64,000 nt of DNA from Girardia tigrina (lineage: Eukaryota), in contig MQRK01170342.1 of the NCBI GenBank assembly GCA_001938485.1, positions 1-64,000 on the forward strand. The letters run 5' to 3'. Made by a program: the position numbers and the translations under genes. Below the pieces are notes generated by a model. It had not been told where the DNA came from. It worked only from the letters and a program-made list of their open reading frames with translations, and did not search any database. This document shows, one piece after another, positions 52,693-64,000 of this stretch; position 1 is the first letter of the stretch; the number at the start of each line of letters is the position of its first letter.

Positions 52693-54435
52693 GGCTTGTA
52701 TTTAATTGATAAGGTATTTTAAATTATTTGATCAGTATTTTTTTCTTTAAAAATCAGTAATTTAAATAAATTAAAAGTATTTTATTTAATTGATCAGTAT
52801 ATATTGATCAATTCACGATTGATCAGTATAGAAAATAACCGATCTGTAATAGAATATGTCAATATGTATTTTATTGATTTGATTAGTAATATAATTAATT
52901 TGATTGATAATAAAATTGATTAACGGGTATTATGTCATCGCCGAATCTGTGATAATATTTTTTATAGTAAATTGAATTGGGAAGGCATCTTTATGGTATC
53001 AGCATCTGCACAAATGAAGCGAAACCAGACTCTGCATTTATTTTCCAAGCTTTGGTAGAATCAACTGACAAAAATTTTGAAAAATTAAGGTAGACACATT
53101 AATATCTGATGGTTTCGATGCAATTCGTAATGCTTTCAAAGAACTGTTTGGCGAAAATGTGTTGCTAATCATGTGCTGGGTTCATATGCGTCGCAATATG
53201 GTGAAGAATATTCATTTAGCCAATGAGGAATTTAATAAAGATATTATTGAAGATATCACTACACTTTAATTGGCAGCAAAGAAGTGTTTGAGAAAGCAAA
53301 AGATTGTTTATCCAAAAGTGGCTTGCGAAAAAACAAAAGTAATTGATCAAATACATGAATTAAATGTGGTATTTATCAACGCATCAAAACTGGTACGAAT
53401 GAGCAGCTCATAACACGCCATCTCAAACAATGCGTTAGAATCGCACAATCTGGTTATAAAAAAGAAAAAACTTTCAGAGAAGGAATGCCATTATTTCAGT
53501 TTTTGGAACAATATATGGATATAGTGTCAAAATTGTCAAAACAATACGCAAACATGATAAACAATTGAATCAACTATTGAACTCCAAAATGGACTGAAGG
53601 TTATCAGTGGGCAAAAAGCAATAAAAAAGTTACTTCAACAATACTTGAAAATTCAACTGATTATTATTGCCCAGCAGGTGACGAAACCAACTCAAGTGAA
53701 GAACAAATATAAAATATCAAAGAAATACGATGGACTACATTTGACCAATTTAAGAAGAGAGCTTTTGCCTCGTTGATTGTTACTCTACCAAACAGCGAAG
53801 TGAATTGACGGAAAATGTACTGTCGAAGTTTTCTCAAGCGATACACGTGCAAACATTTAATTGGATTATCAATAAGATTAAAATATATGAAACCACCGCG
53901 CACTGCAAAAGATATTCCAATTGGTGAAAAACGTAAAAGAGGCAGACCACTAAAAGCAACAAAAGCATTATTAATTGACTAATTGTTTAATTTTTGTTGT
54001 CATTTGTTTTCTTATTTCAAAATACAAAATATTATGGATTCTTTAGGATTTAACAGAATTATGGGACGCTTCTTTAACTATATAGATTTAGGAAAAAATT
54101 AAATATAGTTTTGCTTTTTTTATGTAATATTCTTCAATTAATAAATGAAAATTCAATATAAAAAATTAATTATTTCTTTTATTTTCCTAATTTTAACAGT
54201 TCCTTTTCAATTAAATAATTATCAATTAAAAATAATATACTAATCAATTTTTTTATTAATTACTAATCAAAAATAAATAATACTAATCAAATAATTAAAA
54301 AATACTAATCAAATAATTAAAAAATACTAATCAAATAATTAAAAAATACTAATCAAATAATTAAAAAATACTAATCAAATAATTAAAAATACTGATCAAA
54401 TAATTTAAAAATACTGATCATTTAATATAAAACGT
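52693..54435 (+). mobile_element. MULE with SWIM finger and AT-hook, internally deleted
   Basis: Flanking ATAGTTAA (52685-52692, 54436-54443); TIRs of TGATCAGTA units; ISDGFDAIRNAF..MCWVHMRR, NNALESHN, C..FLKRYTCKH, KRKRGRP. Confidence 0.9.
54237..54420. repeat. ~22-bp tandem repeat inside the MULE right TIR
   Basis: TACTAATCAAATAATTAAAAAA, about 6-7 copies. Confidence 0.9.
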
Positions 54436-55233
54436 ATAGTTAAACTATCACTTGAAAAATAATTATAAACTATAAGTATTGGTATTTATTAAATCAACGA
54501 AATTTATTGTCAATTAGTAAATAACAAGTTCAAAAATATTCTAACTGGTTGCATAATGTTGAAATTATAATAAATTTATTTTTTTAACTTAAATAATTAA
54601 ATTAAAATATAATAATAACACATTTTAAGTACGTTTTAATCATTCTGTCAGCCCTTCATTTCTGATCGCGTAATAACATATTATACTTATTTGGCTGTTG
54701 ACTTGTACTTTGCAGTATATCGTTGCCTTTATTCATTAAAGTAATAATAATATTTCACCATTTTGCAATAGGAAACCTATTTGTACAATTTATTGTAATG
54801 TTTAAAAATTTTATTTAGTATCTTGAATCCAATTTTAAAATTATTACGTTACTATTTGAGAATAGATAAAATTTTGCTGAAAAATATAATTCAATATTCT
54901 CATTATATTTTAGAATAATATTTATATTATATTTTGCGGCTTTTGCTTTGATATTATTATTTTTTTCAAAAATGTAATTAGAAAGACGTTTTCAATTGAA
55001 AATTAATTGTTACTTTTTTAAATTATTTTTTACACATTTATATTCATTCTCAATTTCCGAGTTTTCTTTACTATACTTTTCCTATAATTATTATTTTTTA
55101 ACTAAGATTTTGATTACAAATATTCTGGAAAAAATCATATAATTTATAATCATAACAATAATATTAAAGTAATAATTAATATTAATTGTAAGAGAATTCC
55201 ATAACTAATATTAAAGAAGACTTAATACAATAA

Positions 55234-55269
<36 letters not shown>

Positions 55270-55270
<1 letters not shown>

Positions 55271-55850
55271 TGTAAGAAATTTAAAAAATAATGGCAAATT
55301 TTTATTATAATCAAGAACACCATTAAAATCAAATTTTATTGTCGCAATATATTTCGGTGGATTTTCCACTATCTTCAGTCTGAATTAACAACAATTTCGC
55401 TGTCTTATATATAGAAAATTGATGATTGTGCAAAATCTTGCGTAATAACTAATTAAATATTTTCAATAAATTGGAAGAGAGACTTGTTTGTACATTAATG
55501 GACGGATTAAGTGATTTAATCAATAATGCCTCACAAGTGACTCTTTCCCAATAATTTTTAAAATTACTGCACAATATTTTAAAATTAGTTGTTTTCACCT
55601 CTGATTCGCTCATCAACATCAAATCTTCATTTTTTGTTTAATGATAATTGGTATAAACAGGTAGATGGTGTTGCCATGGGTTCCCCTTTGGCACCAACAC
55701 TTGCATCCATTTTTCTGTCTAACATTGAAAATAAAATTCATTTGTTTACGGATGTTAGACCTTTAGCTTATAAACTATATTTTGATGATATTTTTCTTGT
55801 TTTCAAAGAGCGTGAAAATATGTTGCCGTTTTTATCTTATATGAATTATA
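55270..55850. mobile_element. Penelope-like element with inverted 3' piece
   Basis: Minus 55270-55587: NFKILCSNFKNYWERVTCEALLIKSLNPSIN..F* plus terminus; plus 55589-55850: RT core YKQVDGVAMGSPLAP..YFDDIF. Confidence 0.92.
55342..55382 (-). ncRNA. Minimal hammerhead motif (degenerate stem I)
   Basis: CUGAAGA-u-agugg aaaau ccacc-GAAAU-AU-AUU. Confidence 0.55.
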
Positions 55851-55929
55851 TATGTGATTATATATATATATATGTATGATTTATATATATATATATATAT
55901 TATTGAGTCTTGTGAACGCAAGTTTAGTA

Positions 55930-56806
55930 TTTCGAAAATATAATTTGATTAAAGCTTTTTTTTATACAACTATTGGACATGTTTCGATGTTTATATACAT
56001 NNNNNNNNNNNNNNNNNNNNNNNNNNNNNNNNNNNNNNNNNNNNNNNNNNNNNNNNNNNNNNNNNNNNNNNNNNNNNNNNNNNNNNNNNNNNNNNNNNNN
56101 NNNNNNNNNNNNNNNNNNNNNNNNNNNNNNNNNNNNNNNNNNNNNNNNNNNNNNNNNNNNNNNNNNNNNNNNNNNNNNNNNNNNNNNNNNNNNNNNNNNN
56201 NNNNNNNNNNNNNNNNNNNNNNNNNNNNNNNNNNNNNNNNNNNNNNNNNNNNNNNNNNNNNNNNNNNNNNNNNNNNNNNNNNNNNNNNNNNNNNNNNNNN
56301 NNNNNNNNNNNNNNNNNNNNNNNNNNNNNNNNNNNNNNNNNNNNNNNNNNNNNNNNNNNNNNNNNNNNNNNNNNNNNNNNNNNNNNNNNNNNNNNNNNNN
56401 NNNNNNNNNNNNNNNNNNNNNNNNNNNNNNNNNNNNNNNNNNNNNNNNNNNNNNNNNNNNNNNNNNNNNNNNNNNNNNNNNNNNNNNNNNNNNNNNNNNN
56501 NNNNNNNNNNNNNNNNNNNNNNNNNNNNNNNNNNNNNNNNNNNNNNNNNNNNNNNNNNNNNNNNNNNNNNNNNNNNNNNNNNNNNNNNNNNNNNNNNNNN
56601 NNNNNNNNNNNNNNNNNNNNNNNNNNNNNNNNNNNNNNNNNNNNNNNNNNNNNNNNNNNNNNNNNNNNNNNNNNNNNNNNNNNNNNNNNNTTATTAAAAT
56701 TGTGAAAAATTGTATTATTCAAACAATTCAATAGAAAATTGCTGATGATGATGTATATAAACATCGAAACATGTCCAATAGTTGTATAAAAAAAGCTTTA
56801 ATCAAA

Positions 56807-56810
<4 letters not shown>
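55930..56810. mobile_element. Penelope-like insertion with inverted termini around a gap
   Basis: 55930-56000 is the reverse complement of ~56750-56810 and of the 26170-26255 terminus; near (TA)n. Confidence 0.85.
56738..56779 (+). ncRNA. Minimal hammerhead ribozyme
   Basis: auug-CUGAUGA-u-gaugu auauaa acauc-GAAAC-AU-GUC-caau. Confidence 0.88.
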
Positions 56811-56843
<33 letters not shown>

Positions 56844-56864
56844 TATATATATGATTTTATATCC

Positions 56865-57340
56865 ATCTGGAATATTCTATTTGATATGCTTGAGAGATTT
56901 CATGAATTACTTGTGATTATGTCATGATTGTGTTTGGAAAACTTTGTTAGATTTAAAGGTTGATTTCAACTTTTTCGAAGATAAATTGAAGATGTTGAGT
57001 GAACTAATGCATGTTTTACAACCACCAAAGGTTGCAGTTGAGACTCTTTGTTGTTCAGATGCAAATTTACCGACCGCCGACATCATTTTAAAGTTCATAG
57101 GGGAGGAATTATCTAAACAAAATAATTGGTTAAGTAATAAACTGAAAGATAGTTTGGTTCAACACATTGATGAAAGACAAACAATATTCTCAGATTTACT
57201 TGCTTTCCTCCATAATTTAGACAGTTATATATATATGACAACAATGAATATTTTCAAATCTTCTATAAAAATCTAGAACAACTTTAACAAAACATATTAT
57301 TGAATTGCTGGAACTTTCATCTTCTGATTTTGAAAATAGT
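56865..57340 (+). mobile_element. hAT transposase fragment
   Basis: WN..LFDMLERFHEL..TLLDL..LQPPKVAVETLCCSDANLPTAD..F. Confidence 0.78.
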
Positions 57341-57967
57341 TCTTCTTGATTGTGAAATATGAGATCATTCATAAATCCTAGGGATATTTGAGCTTATTCA
57401 GAAGGCGCTTGGCTTTTGTTAAGTGGTTCACCTTGTTTTTTTCTGACATAAGCTGTCCTCTCGCATAAAGTCTAATTTGTAATGGAGGTTCTGATAAACC
57501 ATACGTTGGATGGTAGTATTATCAACATGCAGCCCTCGTCAACTTCCACGATCAACTTCAATGGCAATTTTGACTCAGCTTATAAAATTTGGCGTACTTA
57601 TACTGTCAGAACGTCGACAATGTCATTTCCTCTAAAAAATTCCGTCGCATCACCCTTTGCATCTCTTGTTTCTATCAGAACTTTGAATACAAATAATTGT
57701 GCAACTTTCAAGAATGCAATAGTTTCTAAATCGCTGTGTTCTGCAGCTAAGAAGACAATAATTGCATGCATCTTCATTTCTATTGTTACAATAAATACTG
57801 CCGTATCTACGTTCAACATAAAAAAACTATTGTACTTATTAACAACATATAGACAAGTCTCATTTGACTTTTTATTACAATCACATTTAGAGTCATTATG
57901 ACTCTCAGAAAGTCTTTCATCGTTTGACATCGTTCTAATTGGTTTTCTTATTTCTATTTTTAATCAT

Positions 57968-58310
57968 GACTATTCGAACAATTTTTCTAAAATAATTAAT
58001 TAAAAATAATAATTTTAACTATTTCTCAATAAATCCAAAAATAATAAAAATGTCATTAAATTATTAAAAATCCATTTAATTTAAATTTTACTAAAAAATA
58101 TTAAACTTAATTTTACTTGTTAAATTAAGAATATGAACTTATAAAATGATTATTTTAATTGTGTTCGAATAGTCAATCACTTTAAATTTAATAAAAAAAT
58201 ACCAATTTCCATCTGGGTGGAGAATCACCATTCTAAATTCAATATACTTAAATCAACATACAACATCCATACATTTACACATTCAGACAATTTAAGATAT
58301 TCCTCACAGC
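57968..58310 (+). repeat. Dispersed repeat family Y with a 13-bp internal IR
   Basis: GACTATTCGAACA (57968-57980) / TGTTCGAATAGTC (58162-58174); collinear with 51262-51640. Confidence 0.88.
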
Positions 58311-59634
58311 ACTGGAGCATATATTGCATGTTCTCAAATAACTGCTGAACCATTATTATTTAACATTAAATGATTCTTGATCTAAGATTGTTTAATTAAA
58401 ATTAAAATTAAATTAACAAATGAAATAATTATTTTAATTAAATAATTAAGTTAGAAAAGTATTGTAATTGTAATAATTAAAATTGTTAGAGACGTAAATT
58501 TAATATTTTAATTTTATTTACACTTACAATACTTATATAAGTATTGACGATTTTTCGTTATTTCTATTAACAGAATACTCTAGTTTGGGTATTTCGACAT
58601 TTTCAGGGTAAAAACAGAGACTAATTTAAAAAGTTGAAAAATTATTAAAACAATTAAAGAAAAAATACTTATAAGTGATTGGGTTGAGCATAGTTTGTGA
58701 GTGCAAAATCCTCGCAGTATCTAGTGCAAGACAAATTTGAGAATAATGTTGGTTTTGTGTTATGTATGGATATGTGATTTTTGAGTTAGTCCTCTCCAAC
58801 CTCGATGTCTGATAAATATTTGTTTTAGTTTTGCATGTTTTGTTAAATACATTTAAATAACTAATATTTTAAAATATCAAATATTTGTTATTAATTTTGA
58901 CGAATAATAAAACTTTGATTATTTTTTTTCTAATTAATTTATCGATTTCAAACGACGAGATTGAAAACTATTTTATAAAAAAGAAAATTGAATATTTCAG
59001 AGGGAACTACTGAGAATTGTTGTAATGAGGATTTTGTTTGTGTTATTAATAAATGTATTCAAATAAATAATTATGTTGTTAGTATTTACTATTTTTATGG
59101 TATGGCTTTGTTAATATAAAAAATTTTATAAACCAAAAATTAAAAAAAAACAATAATATTTATTCCAAATGAATTATTTTGATAAATCATTAAAAAATTG
59201 TTATATTTAAATTTTATTTTGTATCATTTCTTTGCAAGTGAGAAATATAAGAAATTGAAAAATAATTTAATTTGTGTAATATAATAAATAAAAAACCAAA
59301 TAAAATTTAGAAAATCTACAAAGTTCTTCAATTTACACATCAAAAAAAAATTAATAAAATATATATATTTATAAATTATAAATTACAGAGATTTTTTTAT
59401 AATTAAAGTTATATTGTATAAATGTTTTTTTTAAATCTATTGTATTTTTTCTTTTTTGGCGGTTCCGTAGAAAACTTGAGGTATAAATGAAGTAACAGAT
59501 AGTGGGGATGAAAATTAAACAAAGTGCGTCTTTTGAATTTAAAAGTAACACTCTTGAAAGCTTTTAACGTATGTTTATAGTAATATCAACAACTACGATT
59601 AAAGAAGCATGGAAACTATTTTAAAATAAAGTAA

Positions 59635-59750
59635 CGGTACGGGGACACTTAATTCCAAAGACACTTGATCCCGAAGACACTTGATCCCGGGTACATTTGA
59701 TCATAATTTCATTTAATCCTGAAGACACTTGATCCCGATGACATTTAATA
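59635..59750. mobile_element. Orphan MULE-type TIR
   Basis: About 6 degenerate ~16-bp GACACTTGATCCCGA units, the same layout as the 14925 TIR. Confidence 0.55.
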
Positions 59751-60034
59751 ATAACAAAAATAACAAGTCTCCAATAAATATTATTAATAATTAAACATTA
59801 GCTTTCATTTCATTTTTGAACATTATGCGTATGAATTCGTAATTTTATAAAAGCATAAATAACAACATTGTTATACATTTTGTCTAAATATTATCTCTGA
59901 CGATTTCTGTAAGTGATGTGAGAGTATCAGAAAAGCATATTTCAAAAGATCTCAGTTACATACCTTTAAGAATTCTTAGAGTAAAAATAATATTGTTGAG
60001 CACATGTGATATTAAAATTGATAATCTCAAGTTA

Positions 60035-60605
60035 TTGGGTTTGCCAAAAAGTCATTGCGTTTTTTACTAAAATATTTATTATCAAAAAATGACATGGATG
60101 CACAAATATTTTTACACTATATACTGTACATTATTTTCAATCACTTTCCTCCACCTTTCCGGTAGCTTCATTATTCCTGATTCATAAAAACCTTTGCCTT
60201 TGTCAGTAAAAAAGCCGTCTAGGAACGATTTGATGTCATCATCACTGGCGAACGTTTTTCTGTTTAAGAAATTCTGCAGTGATCTAAATAAGTGAAAATC
60301 CGATGGGGCCAAGTCTGGAGAATACGGTGGGTGCGGCAAAACCTCCAAACCCAGTGATAAGAGTTTCTGGCGAGTGGTCAAACTTGTATGCNNNNNNNNN
60401 NNNNNNNNNNNNNNNNNNNNNNNTTTTCGATTTGCCAATTCAGGACGTTCCTGTTGAATTGAATGAGCCAATTTCTCCAGCTGACCACAATATCTGTCTG
60501 AATTGATGGTTTCATTCCTCGGAAGGAGTTCAAAAAACACAATTCCTTTAAAATCCCACCAGACGGAAAGAATAACCTTCTTTTGGTGAATTTCTCCTTT
60601 TGGGA
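60035..60605 (-). mobile_element. Mariner (mellifera-like) 3' remnant
   Basis: TA|TTGGGTTTGCCAAAAAG TIR; KKVILSVWWDFKG..HPPYSPDLAPSDFHLFRSLQ..GIMKLPERW. Confidence 0.92.
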
Positions 60606-60963
60606 TACAAAGAACTTTTACTGATTATATCGATGTCGCTTTCATTAATATAAATCATCTCAAATCAATATTTTTAATTGATGAATATCAAATATGACAT
60701 TATGGTTTTCGTACTAAATAATCAGTAAAATGATTGATGTATCTATTTAGTTTTGTGATAGACTAAAAATTGTTTATTTTGAAGTTTCTGAAGATAAATA
60801 CTTGAATTTTTCCTAAAGGCTTTACTTGCTTTACTTTACAGTTAATATTGAAAAATTGACTTTTACTCTTCTTAAAGTTTATTAAAAAGTATTAAAACGT
60901 TTATTTTTAAATTTATTTTTTATCAAAAATGTGCAGTTTGTTGATTTTTCTATTATTTTTTAG

Positions 60964-61089
60964 TATTATTGTTCCAAATCCTTTCAAAAAGAAACTTATT
61001 TGAGCGAATATATTCCGGACACCACATTTATGATAAGTCGAGTATTGTGGCAAAACGAATTAAGCCTTTATTGGCCGGACAATCTAGGG
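60964..61089 (+). CDS. POMGNT1: POMGNT1-like exon H
   Basis: ttttag|...|gtatta; TYLSEYIPDTTFMISRVLWQNELSLYWP resembles [28 protein letters not shown]; 126 nt. Confidence 0.88.
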
Positions 61090-61909
61090 GTATTATCATT
61101 ATTTATTTTTTAAATATTTTTTTATTATAAAATAAATTAAAAAATTAATTTGATTCGTTATGTTTTGAAAAAAAACTATTTTTTGAAATCAAAGAAAATT
61201 TAAAAAATAAATAATTTTTGTATTTTATTGGTTAAATAAAATTACTTTTTTATTTGATTTTTATAATTTAAATAAAATTATGAAAATCAAAATTTCTTAT
61301 AATATTATTTTACAAATTCCAGTTTAATTGAATTTACTAAATATTTCAATATTTCCTTGGTAAGAATAATTAATAATAAATTTGTTTTTATTTTTCCTAG
61401 AAATTTTGTAGAAATAAAATTTCCTCAGTATGAAATAAAAAACAATAAGTGCTAATTAATCATAACAAAATTATTTTTTTAATAAAAAAAGTATTACTCC
61501 ATAAACGCAATGAAATTTAAAGTCAATTAGTTCTCCTGGAGAAAACAGAAATTCTAAACAATAATAATTAGAAGACGGAAACTGCAAAATGAAGTCCCAT
61601 TTTTGTAAAAAAGAAAATAGTTATTATTATTATTATTATTAATGATAAATTTAAAATTTATTATTTTATAAAAATTATTAACAATAAACTTAAGTGTCAT
61701 ATTTGTTATAAATTGACTCTATAAAGTTTTTAAATGAAAATAATAAATATTTTATGTTTATTTTATTATTTTATTTTGCAAAAAAGTATCTTCTTATAAA
61801 TATTTATGTAAAAAAATAATTAATGAATTATACAAAAAATTTTATTTTTATCAATAAATTTTATAATTTTATTTTTAATATTTTTAATTTCATGTGCATG
61901 TTAAGTACT

Positions 61910-61911
<2 letters not shown>

Positions 61912-61967
<56 letters not shown>

Positions 61968-61990
61968 TTAGTATTATTATTATTATTATT
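61912..61990. repeat. (AAT)n microsatellite followed by (ATT)n
   Basis: Direct read. Confidence 0.95.
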
Positions 61991-63419
61991 AAATTAAACA
62001 AATAATTACATCTTCATATATCACTGATGTCAATACATTTTTTTAATAATATTTTTCTGTAAAAATGTCAAAGGAAAACAGAAAAATAATTTATTTCGTC
62101 TATCCAAAATCGTCAGGCAGGAGAGCGTTAAAATTTTTAAAGGAATTATTTTCCCAATGAAAATTTGATTTCCACATAATTGCTTCTATCTATTTTAATG
62201 ATCCACAATGAAATATTCTGAATTTGCATAATCATATTTTGCAAAATTTACTGACTCATTATCCGGTTTTGGAATTGGTTTATTCGGATTATAGAATTAA
62301 ATTCGACAGATTTGAATATTTAATCAATTTGTAATGGTTATTAATATTTTTATAAAAAAATATTATTAATAATATTTATATTATTAATTTAAAATAACAT
62401 TTTTTTGCTTTATAAAATATATTAAAATTAAAAAAAAGATTAAACGATTAATTAAAAAAAGAAATTAATCGAAAATTATAATTACATTAAATTTTAATTA
62501 AGAAATAATTTTTATTAATTTATTTTTTAAAATTTTATTACTGAATATTATTATTACAGTCTTTAGTTGGTTTAGGTTAGTTAGAAATAAAAATTAAAAA
62601 CATATATTTATTAATTATAATAATTGAATTAATTTTATTTTAATGTTTTACCTAAATATGAACGTTACCTAAATAAAAGTAAAAAGTGTACACTGAATCT
62701 CTCTCAAACATAATTAAGAAAGAAGGTGAGTCGATTGTGCCATGAACAAAAACAATTAAAAAAATACATATTAATATGACCACCAGGTTATTGAAAAAGG
62801 TCTCTCAGAGTAATTGCAATAACTTTTAAACTCTCAAAGAACGTCATAATACTGTGAAATTCGATATCTGAAATTATCGCTCTGACGAAATAATAAAAAT
62901 TTTAATATATTTGATAAAATAAAACAATTGCTGAAACTAAAACCTATATTAATTTACTTAATAACTCAAAAAAACTAAAATTTGATATTGCATTTTTTAC
63001 CTTAGGTACTTATTAAACACACCATGTAATATTAAAAAAAGTAAGAGATTTTAATAGAATCGGTAATTTTGTGGCTAATTAGTAATGATAACTCGTGCCG
63101 TTCTCACAAAAAGTCACTTATTGGAGGTCTTAGCCATATATTTATATTCAATAGTGTTTTTTTATGATTTGCGTGTTGGAATTAAATTGTTTGTAGACGA
63201 ATTACTTTATGGTCTGGGAAACGTACGAACTCGAGAGATTTAAATAACGATTTTTAGATCTTCAGCCGATAAGACGAGTTACCATTAATCTCATATAACG
63301 TCTTTTTCTTTTCTGAAGCATCCTTCCTTTCATTAAACTATATATTAATAAATTTAATTGAAAAAGTTATCAAGAAATTGATTTCCTTAAAATCGTTGTT
63401 ATTTCAATTCAAAGCATTT

Positions 63420-63849
63420 AAAAATTAAAAAAACTGCCTTTCAAAGGGCTAGACGAGTGAAGTGGATTCAAACATATGGATTGAGTTTGACAAAGTCCGG
63501 ATTGCAACCCTTTGCAATCTTTGGATGGATTTGAAAAAAACAAGGTCTGAGCTCACTGCCTTAGAACAATTTCAGAATCGAAAACCACCATTACTAATGT
63601 AAGGCATAATGAAATAACACTACAATACTGCGACATTTTGTTATGCTCAATGCCAATGAGACTGAAGTCTGTCATCCACAACAGGGGATTCCCCACAAAA
63701 TATTGACTTGCATGCAATGCAGACATATTCCTGTTCTTATATTTTTGATATTCCACCTTTATTGTTACTGCATTCAGTATTTTTTTCATTCATTATTATG
63801 GAAATACATGTTTTCCCCATTGTGTCAATTAATTAAGTTTCCCCCACTG
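63420..63849 (+). mobile_element. Tc1-like 3' remnant
   Basis: SPDCNP..LWMDLK..CSMPMRLKSVI..GFPTKY*; right end CCCCCACTG|TA. Confidence 0.8.
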
Positions 63850-63947
63850 TATTTTGGATTAAGAAATCGTCATTTATTATTTAGTAGGAAGAAATATTAG
63901 AGAATTGAATTTTTACAAATAAAAGTTTCTTATTTTTATATTTTAAG

Positions 63948-64000
63948 GATAAGTCATGGAAAAAATGGTTCCAAGACTTCATGATCAAATCCGGCCGGTA
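63948..64000 (+). CDS. POMGNT1: POMGNT1-like exon I (runs to window end)
   Basis: ttttaag|gat; DKSWKKWFQDFMIKSGR resembles LWDWDMWMRMPEQRRGR. Confidence 0.8.

Larger units (their letters stand above)
2795..64000 (+). other. POMGNT1: Spliced gene, POMGNT1-like GT13 protein; 5' and 3' ends outside the window or not found
   Basis: Nine GT-AG exons with chained phases (0-1-1-0-2-0-0-0-0) give a stop-free frame whose motifs fall in the same order as human POMGNT1, from stem domain to catalytic domain. The symbol denotes the family; orthology is untested. Confidence 0.9.

Noticed and set aside
54237-54420. CRISPR-like array (also 59635-59750, 14935-15005)
   Set aside because: No unique spacers; these are MULE TIR sub-repeats in a eukaryote

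Overview
Very AT-rich animal genomic DNA with N gaps; the species cannot be fixed from the sequence alone. Almost the whole window is one spliced + strand gene that the ORF track misses. Nine short exons (947 coding nt over ~61 kb, introns 2.6-20 kb, all GT-AG and phase-compatible) join into an open POMGNT1-like (GT13) frame. Its catalytic motifs look replaced (EED->EDN, SAWND->SASSN, WDMW->WKKW), suggesting a pseudo-glycosyltransferase. The introns are filled with mostly decayed TEs: mariner/Tc1/maT, MULEs, piggyBac, hAT, Helitron, Gypsy, RTE and RLE non-LTR remnants. They also hold Penelope-like ends with seven minimal hammerhead motifs, two 5S-derived SINE copies, a 28S rRNA fragment, a young LTR element with an antisense ORF, and an unexplained highly structured GC-rich island. 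All family calls come from motif recognition by eye; no searches were run.
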